Source: Monocercomonoides exilis PA203 (lineage: Eukaryota > Protista > Preaxostyla). From it: a DNA stretch of 64,000 bases. The stretch lies in contig LSRY02000009.1 of assembly GCA_001643675.2 (NCBI GenBank), positions 1,426,001 through 1,490,000 of the forward strand. Direction: 5' to 3'. The notes beneath the pieces were generated by a model. The model did not search any database and had not been told where the DNA came from. It was given only the letters and a program-made list of their open reading frames with translations. Numbering within the stretch: position 1 is the first letter of the stretch; each line of letters opens with the position of its first letter. Shown here one piece after another: positions 63,651-64,000 of the stretch. The translations under genes were made by a program, and so were the position numbers.

Positions 63651-64000
63651 CTCGAAATATCTGAACAATGCTTGTGATAAGCTCAGCTAATTCTTTATTC
63701 GGCAATCTGCAATCAGAAAAGAAAGAACCAATCATATCAAGCCATCTCATCAAAGCAAGCTCTTCCAGAGTCTTTTTCCCCCCTTCCTCCCCTCTTTTTC
63801 TCTTCCAATCCACACATTTCCTCAGTTCTTCCAGTTCTCTTGATGCTTCTCTGGCAAAATGCAGCTCATTCGCAATTAAGTTTTCCAAGCTTTTGTCTTT
63901 GTGTTATCGATTAATCAAAAATTCCCAAGCGCACTGATGAGCAAGTTGAGTGTGATCGTGATGCTCCTGGTGATTTTTGATGATTTCTGTCATCTTATCC
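63651..64000 (-). pseudogene. Upstream part of the interrupted alpha-helical family gene (runs off the window)
   Basis: HQEHHD...AWEFL, IANELHFAREASRELEEL and VDWKRK motifs. Confidence 0.75.

Overview
AT-rich eukaryotic DNA with GT-AG introns, microsatellites and many decayed multigene-family copies. The gene families resemble those of an oxymonad protist such as Monocercomonoides (my inference; not verified by a search). Mobile DNA dominates the window. (1) Two near-identical, oppositely oriented 4258-bp elements (8072-12329, 59393-63650) have ~465-bp TIRs, no transposase and a decayed host surface-protein fragment as cargo; the second copy has an 8-bp TSD. (2) A 3.5-kb hAT-like element (21887-25390; 15-bp TIR, 8-bp TSD) encloses a host gene copy. 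(3) A 5.3-kb element with GGGTGA termini, 28-bp TIRs and ATAT flanks (16538-21854) encloses mosaic host fragments, and related MITEs lie nearby. (4) A complete Merlin/IS1595-type transposon (36176-37660, 8-bp TSD) has one nonsense codon in its transposase. (5) Two divergent DIRS tyrosine-recombinase retrotransposons are present, one retaining the ITR/ICR ends and an ATTA crossover core. The apparently intact host genes are three intronless glycosyltransferase-like ORFs (two GT25-like, one GT32-like). The main candidate novelty is that three unrelated TIR families all act as non-autonomous Pack-type carriers of host multigene-family sequence.
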